Part shown: positions 18,514-27,095 of the stretch, piece by piece
Position numbering within the stretch: position 1 is the first letter of the stretch
Layout: every line of letters begins with the position of its first letter
Assembly: GCA_029287235.1 (NCBI GenBank)
Contig: JARFRM010000058.1
Location: 5,602 to 69,601 of the forward strand
Direction: 5' to 3'
Origin: Thermoanaerobaculales bacterium
Lineage (GTDB): Bacteria > Acidobacteriota > Thermoanaerobaculia > Thermoanaerobaculales > Sulfomarinibacteraceae
DNA: 64,000 nt
Made by a program: the position numbers and the translations under genes
The notes under the pieces: generated by a model
The model's database searches: none
What the model saw: the letters and a program-made list of their open reading frames with translations, nothing else
Told to the model about the DNA's origin: nothing

Positions 18514-19568
18514 GAGGCAGTACGTCTTTCGGCGCCGGGATCGATGCGAACCATGCGGACGCCCACGTTGGTGCCCTCGTAGAGACTGATCAGCGCGCCG
18601 GGCATCTGCTCGATGCCCTCGAGGATGTCCTCCAGGGGCCGCATTGCACCGCTGCGGATCCAATCGGCGAGTTGGGTCTCGTAGCGCTCGAAGTGCGGCA
18701 CGTGGTCGTAGACGAAGAATCCCTCTATCTTGGCGTCCTGGAGCCCGATGCGATAGAGGTTTCGGTGGCGGTGGTACTCCTCGGGCGGCAAGAGATACTC
18801 GGAGATCCGGCCGCAGATGGCGATCCGGGCGCGCCGCCGGATCCGGCCCATGACGTGGTCGAGGAGCTCACCGCCGACGTTATCGAAGAAGACATCGATC
18901 CCGTCAGGGAAGAGCTCGTCGAGCCGCGCCGGGACGTCGTCGTTCTTGTAGTCGACGGAGGCCGTGTAGCCGAGCCGATCGGTGAGCAGACGGCACTTGC
19001 CCGGACCGCCCGCGATTCCGACCACCTGTTCCGCACCGAGGGCCCGGGCGACAAAACCGGCCTGGCTGCCCACGCCGCCCGCGGCGCCGGAGACGAGGAC
19101 ACGGTCCTTGGCGGTCACCGCGCAGATCTCCCGCATCCCGATCAACGCGGTGAAACCGCTCATGGCAAGGGTGGAGATGCCGTGCGACAGAGGGAGATCG
19201 GTGTGTTGCATCCGAAACGGCATGTAGTACGGATCGCCGTCGATGACGGCGTACTCGCGCCAACCGAGCTTGGCCTGGTAGATCTCGCCGACCCGGTAGG
19301 CGGGGTTGCGGCTGGCCGCCACGCGGCCCACGCCCCGGCCGATCATCACGTCGCCGATCTCGATGGGCTTCTCGAAGCTCGTTTCGTTGGTCATATAGCG
19401 GAGCATCACCGGCGCTACGCCCAAATAGAGCGTTTTGAGCAGTACCTCGCCGTCGCCGATCTCGGGGACCGGGACGGCCTCGAGCCTGAAATCGTCCACC
19501 GTCGCCACACCGACCGGCCGGTGGGCCAAAACCCACTGGCGCATGGTGGGTGGGAGAACATCACTCAT
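18510..19568 (-). CDS. NADP-dependent oxidoreductase, medium-chain (zinc-independent) dehydrogenase/reductase family
   Basis: 352 aa. Motifs GEVLLKTLYLGVAPVM and GAAGGVGSQAGFVARALGA. The start overlaps the upstream VOC stop (ATGA). Confidence 0.9.
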   Translation of the reverse strand: MSDVLPPTMRQWVLAHRPVGVATVDDFRLEAVPVPEIGDGEVLLKTLYLGVAPVMLRYMTNETSFEKPIEIGDVMIGRGVGRVAASRNPAYRVGEIYQAKLGWREYAVIDGDPYYMPFRMQHTDLPLSHGISTLAMSGFTALIGMREICAVTAKDRVLVSGAAGGVGSQAGFVARALGAEQVVGIAGGPGKCRLLTDRLGYTASVDYKNDDVPARLDELFPDGIDVFFDNVGGELLDHVMGRIRRRARIAICGRISEYLLPPEEYHRHRNLYRIGLQDAKIEGFFVYDHVPHFERYETQLADWIRSGAMRPLEDILEGIEQMPGALISLYEGTNVGVRMVRIDPGAERRTAS

Positions 19569-20029
19569 TCAAGGTTGTAGATGACCACGGTGTGACCATC
19601 GTGGTCATAAAAACCGGACTCGGTGCGCGCCGGACCCTTGGCGGGATCGAGCTCGGTGCGGAGTTCGCAGGTGTCCAGCCCCAGCCCCTTCGCAGCGTCG
19701 AGGGTCTCCTTCACCGAAGGCACCTGGATCACGGCGGCGGCGCGACGGGGGGCGCCGAGGCTCGCCGCGTGGCCCGGCGCCTCGATGAGGGCAAGGGTGC
19801 GTTGTTGGCTCTCCGACGAGAGTGCGGCGAACCTGATGACAACGGTCTCCGGGATGTCGAAGATCTCGTAGGCGTAGGCGTCCGACTCCTGGTCGCCGAT
19901 GTACTCGAGGGTGAACCCGAGGAGATCCCTGTAGACCTCGAATGCCTTGTCGAGATCATCGACGAGAAGCGCGGCGCGCTGGAAATACGGCAGCGGCCGC
20001 TCGGCGGCTGGAATCATGATGTCCTCCAT
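19565..20029 (-). CDS. VOC family protein
   Basis: QRAALLVDDLDKAFEVYRDLLGFTLEY ... DHDGHTVVIYNLE. Start is at ATG 20029 or 20017 (GGAGGA lies between them). Confidence 0.8.
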   Translation of the reverse strand: MEDIMIPAAERPLPYFQRAALLVDDLDKAFEVYRDLLGFTLEYIGDQESDAYAYEIFDIPETVVIRFAALSSESQQRTLALIEAPGHAASLGAPRRAAAVIQVPSVKETLDAAKGLGLDTCELRTELDPAKGPARTESGFYDHDGHTVVIYNLE

Positions 20030-20060
20030 TTCGCGACCGCCGCATCCGGCGGTCCTGAGG

Positions 20061-20636
20061 TCAGCTTCGATCTTGCTCCACCGTCGTGACCACCGAGGCA
20101 TCGCGGAAGAAGTACTCCTGGTCCTCGGGCTGTTTGAGGTTGAGCAGGGTCAGAACGCTGATGGCGATGACCAGGGCCCAGACCACAAAGACCGCCGGCA
20201 TGGCGATGTTCATGTGGTGCTTGATCTCGTGGTTGAGCTCATCGACGTTCTCGGCGCCGTCCTTGATGGCCTTGAGGTTTCGAACCGCAGTGCCGGAGAT
20301 CGGGATCAGACAGAGCCCGTCGATGACGATCACCGCATAGAGGACGTGCTTCCAGGTCAGCCAGGTCGAGGAGAACGGAGCGTTGTCGGTGAGATAGCAG
20401 AGGATGATGCCCACCGGCAGCGTCAGAATGAAAATATACGCGACGATCCTGTCGATGCCGTGCATGATCTTGGCCCGCTCGAGACGGGCCTCGAGGGGCA
20501 CCGCGGGGTTCTTGACGTCGAAGTGAAGCCAGTAGACGAGGAAGTCGAAGAGCAGCCAGCCGGCGACCATGAATGCGTGCAGCCAGCGGAAGGAAACCTC
20601 GATGACGTTGATACCGAAAATATTGATGTCTGGCAT
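20061..20636 (-). CDS. Integral membrane protein, unknown function (4-5 TM)
   Basis: Start refined to ATG 20636. Hydrophobic segments include WLHAFMVAGWLLFDFLVYWL, IVAYIFILTLPVGIILCYL and PAVFVVWALVIAISVLTLL. It sits inside an operon. Confidence 0.6.
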   Translation of the reverse strand: MPDINIFGINVIEVSFRWLHAFMVAGWLLFDFLVYWLHFDVKNPAVPLEARLERAKIMHGIDRIVAYIFILTLPVGIILCYLTDNAPFSSTWLTWKHVLYAVIVIDGLCLIPISGTAVRNLKAIKDGAENVDELNHEIKHHMNIAMPAVFVVWALVIAISVLTLLNLKQPEDQEYFFRDASVVTTVEQDRS

Positions 20637-20641
20637 GGCGC

Positions 20642-20827
20642 TCACCCTCTCTTGAAGACGAACTTGTAGAGCTTTGGCAGGCCGTAGAGGGCGATGCCCA
20701 GATAGAGGACGGCGTTGAGGAGGACGGCGAAACTGAATCCGTTCTCCTGCATGAAGAGGATCGCGGCGATGCCCATGAAGAGCCCTCCCGCGACGAAGGT
20801 GACCCACAGCAGATACACCACGAACAT
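20642..20827 (-). CDS. Small two-TM membrane protein (61 aa)
   Basis: ATG 20827 with GGGAGG upstream. Sequence MFVVYLLWVTFVAGGLFMGIAAILFMQENGFSFAVLLNAVLYLGIALYGLPKLYKFVFKRG. It lies 15 nt after the MFS stop. Confidence 0.45.
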   Translation of the reverse strand: MFVVYLLWVTFVAGGLFMGIAAILFMQENGFSFAVLLNAVLYLGIALYGLPKLYKFVFKRG

Positions 20828-20841
20828 ATCGAACCTCCCTC

Positions 20842-22077
20842 TCAGACTCGTTCGGGCACCTCGCGGCGAACCTGGGTGGCCGCCAGCATGGCGAGTATGA
20901 TCAGAACAACGAGAACCGTGAACGGCACTTGGTAGCTGCCGGTCTTGTCGTAGAGCAACCCGGTGAGCCAGATCCCGAGACCGCCGCCGATGGCGTCGAG
21001 CACCGTGATGGTGCCGAGGATCTTGCCGGTGGCCCGCAGACCGAAACACTCCACCGTCAAGAGTTGGAGCATCGTGTAGAGCCCGCCCCATCCGAGCCCG
21101 AAGAGGACGACCGCGATCCAGAAGAACTGAACCTTGACCGTGGCGAGCAGGATGGCGCCGGTGAGCATCACCGCGAGGTTACCGTAGAAGACCTTCTTGT
21201 GTTGGATCTTGTCGGCGAGGTAGCCGAAGCCGAACTTGCCGAAGAGGGCCATCCCGAAGAGCAAGCTGATTCCGGTGCTTGCAATCTGGGGTGAGAACTC
21301 GAGGTCGCGCAGGTAGAGGAAGAGGTGCGCCTGGGCGCCGAGGATGGAGTAGAAGGTCGTCATGGCGGCGAAGGCGAGGGCCCAGAAGGTCTTTGTCTTG
21401 AGCGCCTCGGGGTAGCTCAGGCCGGCGGCTTCGACGTCGGGAGTGCCATTGGCGATCTCGGCTGCGGTCTGCGGTTCGACCCCCAGCGGCATCATGCCCC
21501 GGTCCTTGGGTGAGTTGCGAATCAGAAAGGCCACAACCGCCAGCAAAATGATGGGAAAGACGGCCTCCCACATCATGGCCTTGCGCCAACCGAAGTTCGA
21601 GATCAGCCAGGTTCCGACCTGGGGGAAGAAGATTCCGCCCAGGCTGGTGCCCACCAGCGTAATGCCGATGGCGGTGCCCCGTTTCTCGACGAACCAGTGC
21701 GACACGAGCATCACCGCGACGATGAGCCCGCAGCTCACGAGCACCAGGGCGAAGAGGCAGTGGAGGAGGTACATGTGGGTGATGGATTGGATCCTCGAGT
21801 AGAGCAGGAAGCCGACCATCAACAGGGTGGCGCCGAAAGCCATGAGGCGGCGGACCCCGAATTTGTCGGCCAAAGCGCCGGCGAGGGGGCCGAGGATCCC
21901 GGCCAGAACAAAGGTCAGCAGATCGCGGAACTTGAGGCTCGATCGGCTCCAACCGAACTCCTTGATCAGCGACTCGTCGAAGACGTTGATCCCACCGATG
22001 AGCATTCCGTTGCTGATGAAGAGCGCGGTCATCGCACTGAGCGCGATGACCCAGCCGTAGAAGAAGCGGGAGCTCAC
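20842..22077 (-). CDS. MFS transporter
   Basis: The GTG start at 22077 overlaps the amidohydrolase stop (GTGA). About 12 TM segments. Paralogous to 17290..18513. Confidence 0.85.
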   Translation of the reverse strand: MSSRFFYGWVIALSAMTALFISNGMLIGGINVFDESLIKEFGWSRSSLKFRDLLTFVLAGILGPLAGALADKFGVRRLMAFGATLLMVGFLLYSRIQSITHMYLLHCLFALVLVSCGLIVAVMLVSHWFVEKRGTAIGITLVGTSLGGIFFPQVGTWLISNFGWRKAMMWEAVFPIILLAVVAFLIRNSPKDRGMMPLGVEPQTAAEIANGTPDVEAAGLSYPEALKTKTFWALAFAAMTTFYSILGAQAHLFLYLRDLEFSPQIASTGISLLFGMALFGKFGFGYLADKIQHKKVFYGNLAVMLTGAILLATVKVQFFWIAVVLFGLGWGGLYTMLQLLTVECFGLRATGKILGTITVLDAIGGGLGIWLTGLLYDKTGSYQVPFTVLVVLIILAMLAATQVRREVPERV

Positions 22078-22922
22078 ACCCACTCCTCGAGACCATAGAC
22101 CCGGACCGCGTTCTCCCAAAAGAGCTTCTTCATGACGTCTTCCTTGAGCCCGAGCTCGCCGATCTCGTTGACGGTGCGCTCGAAGTCGATGACCGGCCAG
22201 TCAGTGCCGAAAAGCACCTTGTCTTGTCCTCGGCGGGAGTTGATGAAGCGGACAAAGGACGGGTCCCAGTACTTCGGGGAATGGGCGTCGCACCCGACAT
22301 AGACGTTGGGGTGCTTCCAGGTCACCGAGATCATCTCCTCGACCCAGGGGTAGCCGATGTGGATTCCGATGATGGTGAGCTCGGGGAAGGCGATGGCGAC
22401 CCGATCGAGGGTCATCGGGTTGGCGACGGTGGGCAGGAAGTGCTGCGCCGAGTGGCCGATCTGGATCTGCACTGGGATTCCGAGCTCGGCGCACTTGGCA
22501 TAGAAGGGATACCAGATCCGGTTCCCGGGTTCCTTGCCGTACCAGTGGGGGTAGAGGTGGGCGCCGACAAAGCCGTACTCTTTGACCGCCTCTTCGACCC
22601 GTGCCACTCCGGGAACGATGTTGGTCGGGTTGATGCCGACCACGCCCTTGAAGCGGTCGGGGTGCTCGGCGACCACCTCGGCGATCCGCTTCACCGGTTT
22701 CTCGAAGAAGATGTCGGAGCCCGACCATCCGCCGGTGGTGGCGATCATGAGACCTTTTTCGATCCCGGCCGCGTCCATTTTGGCGATTTCGTCTTCGAGC
22801 GGGATGCCCTCCCCGGTATCTCCGAGGATGTGGATCTTCTGCCAGAAGTGGTTGAGCTTCGGGGTGTAGTTCTTTGTCAGATCCGGGGTCCAGAGGTTGA
22901 CGACGATGTCCATTCTTCTCAT
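22074..22922 (-). CDS. Amidohydrolase-2 (ACMSD/LigI-like metal-dependent hydrolase/decarboxylase) family protein
   Basis: Start refined to ATG 22922 (AAGGAGA upstream). Motifs VNLWTP..., GAHLYPHWYG, IQIGHSAQH and LFGTDWPV. Confidence 0.85.
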   Translation of the reverse strand: MRRMDIVVNLWTPDLTKNYTPKLNHFWQKIHILGDTGEGIPLEDEIAKMDAAGIEKGLMIATTGGWSGSDIFFEKPVKRIAEVVAEHPDRFKGVVGINPTNIVPGVARVEEAVKEYGFVGAHLYPHWYGKEPGNRIWYPFYAKCAELGIPVQIQIGHSAQHFLPTVANPMTLDRVAIAFPELTIIGIHIGYPWVEEMISVTWKHPNVYVGCDAHSPKYWDPSFVRFINSRRGQDKVLFGTDWPVIDFERTVNEIGELGLKEDVMKKLFWENAVRVYGLEEWV

Positions 22923-23017
22923 GGATTTCTCCTTGGGCGATTTTGAACCGGCGACCGGGACGGCCCGCCGAACAACAAGGTCGGTTTCGTGGGAAAACCC
23001 AATACCCGCGATAAGGG

Positions 23018-23081
23018 TTGATCTCGAGGCATGCCTGAGTATAATGTCGGAACAATAGGACAAAGTCAAGCGCGATTGTCC
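23018..23081 (+). promoter_or_regulatory. Candidate sigma70 promoter plus dyad operator in the divergent intergenic region
   Basis: TTGATC (23018-23023), a 16-nt spacer, then a perfect TATAAT (23040-23045). Downstream is the dyad GGACAA-N12-TTGTCC (23058-23081). Confidence 0.4.
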
Positions 23082-23142
23082 TTCGTGTCGCCCTCTCGAC
23101 CGGTGGTCGAGAATGCGGCGCCGCAACCGAAAGGGAGGCCAG

Positions 23143-24345
23143 ATGTCGGGTCCACTTGAAGGCGTTCGAATCATCGAGATGACCAGCGTGGTCTTGGGTC
23201 CGTGGGCATGTCAGATCCTCGGGGATCTGGGTGCGGATGTCATCAAGGTCGAACCGCCCTTCGGCGACAGCAACCGCCAGCTCGGGCCGGGACGCAATCC
23301 CGGGATGTGCGCTCTCTTCATCACCTGCAACCGGAACAAACGAAGCGTCGTATTGGACCTCAAGCAGGAGTCCGGAAAGGCGGCCCTGCTCAAGATGGTC
23401 GAGACCGCAGATGTGGTGGTCCACAACCTGCGTCCACCGGCCATCAAACGGCTCGGTCTCGAGTACGACGCGGTCCGGAAGGTCAACCCGCAGATCATCT
23501 ACTGCGCCACCTACGGCTACCGCGCGGACGGGCCTTACAGCGACAAATCGGCCTATGACGACTCGATCCAGTCGGCGAGCGGAATCGCCATGCTCAAGGC
23601 GAGGGCCGGCGCCGACCCGAGCTATCTGCCGGTCATCGTCGCCGACAAGACCACCGCCATGGCCGTGGTCTACTCGATCACTTCGGCGCTCTATCACCGC
23701 GAGAAGACCGGTGTCGGCCAGGAGATCGAAGTGCCCATGTTCGAGACCATGGTCAACTACGTCATGGCTGAACACCTCTACGGCCGAGTCTTCGAGCCCG
23801 CCGCGGGCGACATGGGCTATGCGCGGCTCCTGAGCCCGGACCGGCGGCCCTATGAGACCAAGGACGGCTACATCGCCATCCTTCCGTACCTCAACAAACA
23901 CTGGGAAATCTTCTGTAACGCTGCGGGTCGACCCGAGTTTGTCGAGGACGAGCGTTTCGCGAGTCTGAGTTCGCGGCTCAAGAACATCGACGAGGTCTAC
24001 CGCGAGGTCTCGGTGATGGTGTCTACCAAGACCACTCGGGAGTGGCTCGACATCCTGACCCCAACCCCGGTGCCGTGCATGATCGTCAACACCCTCGAGG
24101 ATCTGCTCGAGGATCCCCATCTCCAGGCCACGGGTTTCTGGAAGGAGTACGAACACCCGACCGAGGGCACCCTCCGCCTGCCCGATCTGCCGACTCGGTT
24201 TTCCGAGACCCCGGGTTCGGTCCGGCATCTGCCACCACGATTGGGTGAGCACAGCATCGAGATCCTGCGGGCGACCGGCCTGACCGATGACCAGATCGAA
24301 GAGATGATCGAATCCGGTGCGACAAAGGTGGCGAAAGAAGGTTGA
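23143..24345 (+). CDS. Family III CoA-transferase (CaiB/BaiF-like)
   Basis: Start refined to ATG 23143 (AGGGAGG upstream). PLEGVRIIEMTSVVLGPWACQILGDLGADVIKVEPP is the family signature. Confidence 0.9.
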   Translation: MSGPLEGVRIIEMTSVVLGPWACQILGDLGADVIKVEPPFGDSNRQLGPGRNPGMCALFITCNRNKRSVVLDLKQESGKAALLKMVETADVVVHNLRPPAIKRLGLEYDAVRKVNPQIIYCATYGYRADGPYSDKSAYDDSIQSASGIAMLKARAGADPSYLPVIVADKTTAMAVVYSITSALYHREKTGVGQEIEVPMFETMVNYVMAEHLYGRVFEPAAGDMGYARLLSPDRRPYETKDGYIAILPYLNKHWEIFCNAAGRPEFVEDERFASLSSRLKNIDEVYREVSVMVSTKTTREWLDILTPTPVPCMIVNTLEDLLEDPHLQATGFWKEYEHPTEGTLRLPDLPTRFSETPGSVRHLPPRLGEHSIEILRATGLTDDQIEEMIESGATKVAKEG

Positions 24346-24366
24346 GGAATCGTCTTGTGAATCGAT

Positions 24367-24419
24367 CCCTCTCCCGTTCACTTTTCCAGGGACCATCCGG
24401 GAGAGGGAGCGGGAGAGGG
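24367..24419. repeat. Polypyrimidine/polypurine hairpin repeat (short copy)
   Basis: CCCTCTCCCG ... CGGGAGAGGGAGCGGGAGAGGG, located between the CoA-transferase stop and the DUF1838-like start. Confidence 0.6.
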
Positions 24420-24472
24420 TCGAACCCTACCGACCCAGAAGAAATAACAGCAATGAAAGACGGAGGTCACGA

Positions 24473-25360
24473 ATGAAGAAGACGGTGTTGTTCCTGTTGT
24501 GCACGCTCGTGATGACAACCCTCGCGTTCGGCGGCGAAACCCTCGATCTCGACAACCCGAAGGACGCCGTCCGGGCAATGCAGAAGATCGTCTGCCACAC
24601 CGAGGAGGGCAAACCCGCGACCTACTGGTGGACCGGCAAGGTCTACAGTCGGGTCCCCGGTGAGAAAGACAAGCTCCTGTTCAAGTACCAGGCCATGAAC
24701 ACCCGAGCCTGCCAGGTGCTCTCGGATCCCGAGAAGGGCTACGGTTTTCGGATGGTCTCGAAAGAGGCGCTCATCTACCAGGACCCCAAGACGGGTGAGA
24801 TCATCCACTCCTGGACCAATCCCTGGACCGACGAAGAGCTCGAGGTGGTCCACATCTTCAACGACCCGGTGAACTCCAAGTACCCCAACTTCGAGAAGAG
24901 CAAGTGGGGACCCTTCAGGTTTCCTGCCACCTTCAAAGACGGCAAGGGCTGGTTCAGCTTCGAGGTCCCGCTCTTCTACACAAACCCGCTCGGTGGCGAG
25001 TACCAGGACTACATCGGCGGCACCTATCAGGCCATCGAGATGTTCAACTTCTTCTTTGACGAGGAAGAGCTCCTCGATGCGTCCATCACAGGGTGCGACA
25101 ACGCCAACGTCTCCTGGGCCCGGGTGTCCAAGTGGCTGCCCTGGATGAAGATGGGCGATCGCGCCGGCCAGATGATCTACAACGGCGCCGGCAAGCGGGT
25201 GGCGAGCTGGGATGAGCTCCCCGAGGTGCTCAAAGACGAGCTCATGCGGGTCAAGCCCGAGTACAACACCCCGCCGCCGGTGGACGACAACCGGTCCAAC
25301 GAGACCAGCTGGACCTACTTCAAGAAGGTCATCGACGCGGAGAGAGCTGAAGGGAAGTGA
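24473..25360 (+). CDS. Secreted DUF1838-like protein (paralog 2)
   Basis: ATG 24473 (GGAGG upstream). Signal peptide MKKTVLFLLCTLVMTTLAFG. Contains YWWTGKVYSRVPGEKDKLLF and LIYQDPKTGEIIHSWTNPWT. Confidence 0.7.
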   Translation: MKKTVLFLLCTLVMTTLAFGGETLDLDNPKDAVRAMQKIVCHTEEGKPATYWWTGKVYSRVPGEKDKLLFKYQAMNTRACQVLSDPEKGYGFRMVSKEALIYQDPKTGEIIHSWTNPWTDEELEVVHIFNDPVNSKYPNFEKSKWGPFRFPATFKDGKGWFSFEVPLFYTNPLGGEYQDYIGGTYQAIEMFNFFFDEEELLDASITGCDNANVSWARVSKWLPWMKMGDRAGQMIYNGAGKRVASWDELPEVLKDELMRVKPEYNTPPPVDDNRSNETSWTYFKKVIDAERAEGK

Positions 25361-25367
25361 GGCCCGA

Positions 25368-25449
25368 CCCTCTCCCTCTCCTTCTCCCTTGCAACTTCCG
25401 GGCAAGGGAGGGGAAAGGGAGAAGGAGAGGGAGAGGGAAAGGGAGAGGG
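25368..25449. repeat. Polypyrimidine/polypurine hairpin repeat
   Basis: Left arm CCCTCTCCCTCTCCTTCTCCCTTGC, loop AACTTCCGG, right arm GCAAGGGAGGGGAAAGGGAGAAGGAGAGGGAGAGGGAAAGGGAGAGGG. Confidence 0.75.
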
Positions 25450-25486
25450 CGGTACAACGGCGGTAGAACCGACCGGAGGTAAGCCT

Positions 25487-26527
25487 ATGACCACGACCAC
25501 CCGAGCCTGGCAGTTCCATGAAACCGGCGGACCCGAGAAGCTCGAGCTCATCGACCACGAGCTGCCTCCACCCGGGCCGGGCGAGGCCCTGGTGAGGTTC
25601 GAGGCCATCGGACTCAATCGCGCCGATCTGCTCGAGCTCGCGGGACTCTACTTCGGTCCACCGCCGAGCCCGTCATTCCTGGGTCAGGAGGCGTCCGGGG
25701 TCATCACCGAGCTCGGTCCCGCGATCGAGGGTGAGGCGCCGGCCGGCGGTTACGAACCCGCGGTCGGCGACCGCGTCGGACTCATGGTGGGGAGGATCGA
25801 TCACCGTGGGATGGGAACCTACAGAACGGCCGCCGTCTTTCCGCAGAAGACCCTGTTGCCGGTGCCGGAAGCGCTTTCCGCCGACGAGGGGGCGGGGTTC
25901 TTTCTCGCCACTCTCACCGCGGTGGCGGGGCTCAACGTCGGTCATCTGACGCCGGCGTCCGCCGACGGCGCGCGAGTTCTCGTCACGGCCGCCTCGAGCG
26001 GGGTCGGTGTCGTGACGTTGCAGGCGGCGAGGGCCATGGGCGCCGTGACCATCGCAGCCACTACCGCGGCGGCAAAGGCCGAACGGCTCTCGGATCTCGC
26101 CGACCACGTGGTCGTGGCCCCGACTCCGAACGACCTGGTCGAGGGCGTCGCCGCGGCCACGGGAGGTGCGGGGGTCGATCTTGCCTTCGACCCGGTTGGA
26201 TTCGACTATGCCGAAGCCCTGATGCAGACCGCTGCCCAGGACGGCCACGTTGTTGTCTACGGTCTGCTCTCGGGGATGGAGGCGCCGCTTGATCTGCGGA
26301 CCATGATCTTCAAGGATCTCGGTCTGCACGGTTTCACCGTTCACCGGATTCAACGCGATCGGGAGCTCCTCGATGAGGTTGTGGGCACGACGCTCTCCCT
26401 CGCCGAACGCGGTGGGTTGCGCCCGATCATCGCGGACCGCTACGCATTCGAAGACGCCCCGAAGGCGCTGGAGGCCATGGCGCGGAATCAGCACTTCGGA
26501 AAGATCGTGCTTGAGGTAAATGAATAA
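25487..26527 (+). CDS. NADPH:quinone oxidoreductase-like MDR family protein
   Basis: 346 aa. Motifs GEALVRFEAIGLNRADL and VLVTAASSGVGVVTLQAARAMGA. Confidence 0.9.
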   Translation: MTTTTRAWQFHETGGPEKLELIDHELPPPGPGEALVRFEAIGLNRADLLELAGLYFGPPPSPSFLGQEASGVITELGPAIEGEAPAGGYEPAVGDRVGLMVGRIDHRGMGTYRTAAVFPQKTLLPVPEALSADEGAGFFLATLTAVAGLNVGHLTPASADGARVLVTAASSGVGVVTLQAARAMGAVTIAATTAAAKAERLSDLADHVVVAPTPNDLVEGVAAATGGAGVDLAFDPVGFDYAEALMQTAAQDGHVVVYGLLSGMEAPLDLRTMIFKDLGLHGFTVHRIQRDRELLDEVVGTTLSLAERGGLRPIIADRYAFEDAPKALEAMARNQHFGKIVLEVNE

Positions 26528-26596
26528 TGAACAATGAACTATGAACAATGAAAAATGAAGAATGAGAAACCGGGAGTGACGAGCGACGAGTGACGA
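26518..26596. repeat. Two adjacent heptamer arrays: (NNATGAA)x7 then (YGACGAG)x3
   Basis: AAATGAA TAATGAA CAATGAA CTATGAA CAATGAA AAATGAA GAATGAG occupies 26518-26566 and overlaps the stop of the preceding gene. It is followed by TGACGAG CGACGAG TGACGAG. It is strongly AT-rich in a GC-rich context. Confidence 0.75.
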
Positions 26597-26677
26597 GTTG
26601 GTCCCGCTTTCGGGTGTTGATTTCAGCGAGGAAATGCCTGTTCGAAAGCGACGAGTAACCGCACGAAGGAGGAAAAC

Positions 26678-27064
26678 ATGCGTTCTTCGACCCTGAGCAT
26701 CGTGATCTGCCTGATGGTTGTTGCACTTGCCGCGCCGTGCTTCGCGAGTGAGGTCTACGAGGGCGAGCAGGCCCTCGAGATGATGCGCAAGATGTACTGC
26801 GGCACCGTCGAGGAAGGGAAAATGCGCTTCGGCACCTGGGAAGGCAGCGCCTACTCACGAGTTCAGGGCGAGAAGGATCGCCATCTCTTCAATGTCATCG
26901 GGTTCTCCACCTTCGAACTCGAGGATCTGCCGGACAGCCTGGTCACGAACCTGACGGAGCGCTATCCGCTCTACCTCACTCCGCCGCCCCTCGACGACAC
27001 CCGGCCCAACGAGACGTCGTGGACGGTGTTCAAGAAACACCTCGAGAGCAGAGACGCGGAGTAG
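26678..27064 (+). CDS. Mini DUF1838-like paralog (128 aa) lacking the central roughly 170 aa
   Basis: Signal peptide MRSSTLSIVICLMVVALAAPCFA. The N-terminal block aligns to 24473 paralog residues about 30-75. The C-terminal block LPDSLVTNLTERYPLYLTPPPLDDTRPNETSWTVFKK aligns to LPEVLKDELMRVKPEYNTPPPVDDNRSNETSWTYFKK. Confidence 0.55.
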   Translation: MRSSTLSIVICLMVVALAAPCFASEVYEGEQALEMMRKMYCGTVEEGKMRFGTWEGSAYSRVQGEKDRHLFNVIGFSTFELEDLPDSLVTNLTERYPLYLTPPPLDDTRPNETSWTVFKKHLESRDAE

Positions 27065-27070
27065 GGATGC

Positions 27071-27095
27071 CGAAGATCGGTGCCGTCGATCTTCG
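27071..27095 (+). terminator. Perfect 9-bp stem hairpin after the mini-paralog (no U-tract)
   Basis: CGAAGATCG-GTGCCGT-CGATCTTCG begins 7 nt after the stop. Confidence 0.3.

Noticed and set aside
22201-24396. 731-aa ORF on the minus strand, the longest listed ORF in this area
   Set aside because: It is antisense to the clearly homologous family III CoA-transferase (23143..24345) and out of frame with the amidohydrolase. The sequence is Arg/Gly/Pro-rich and low-complexity, typical of shadow ORFs in GC-rich DNA.
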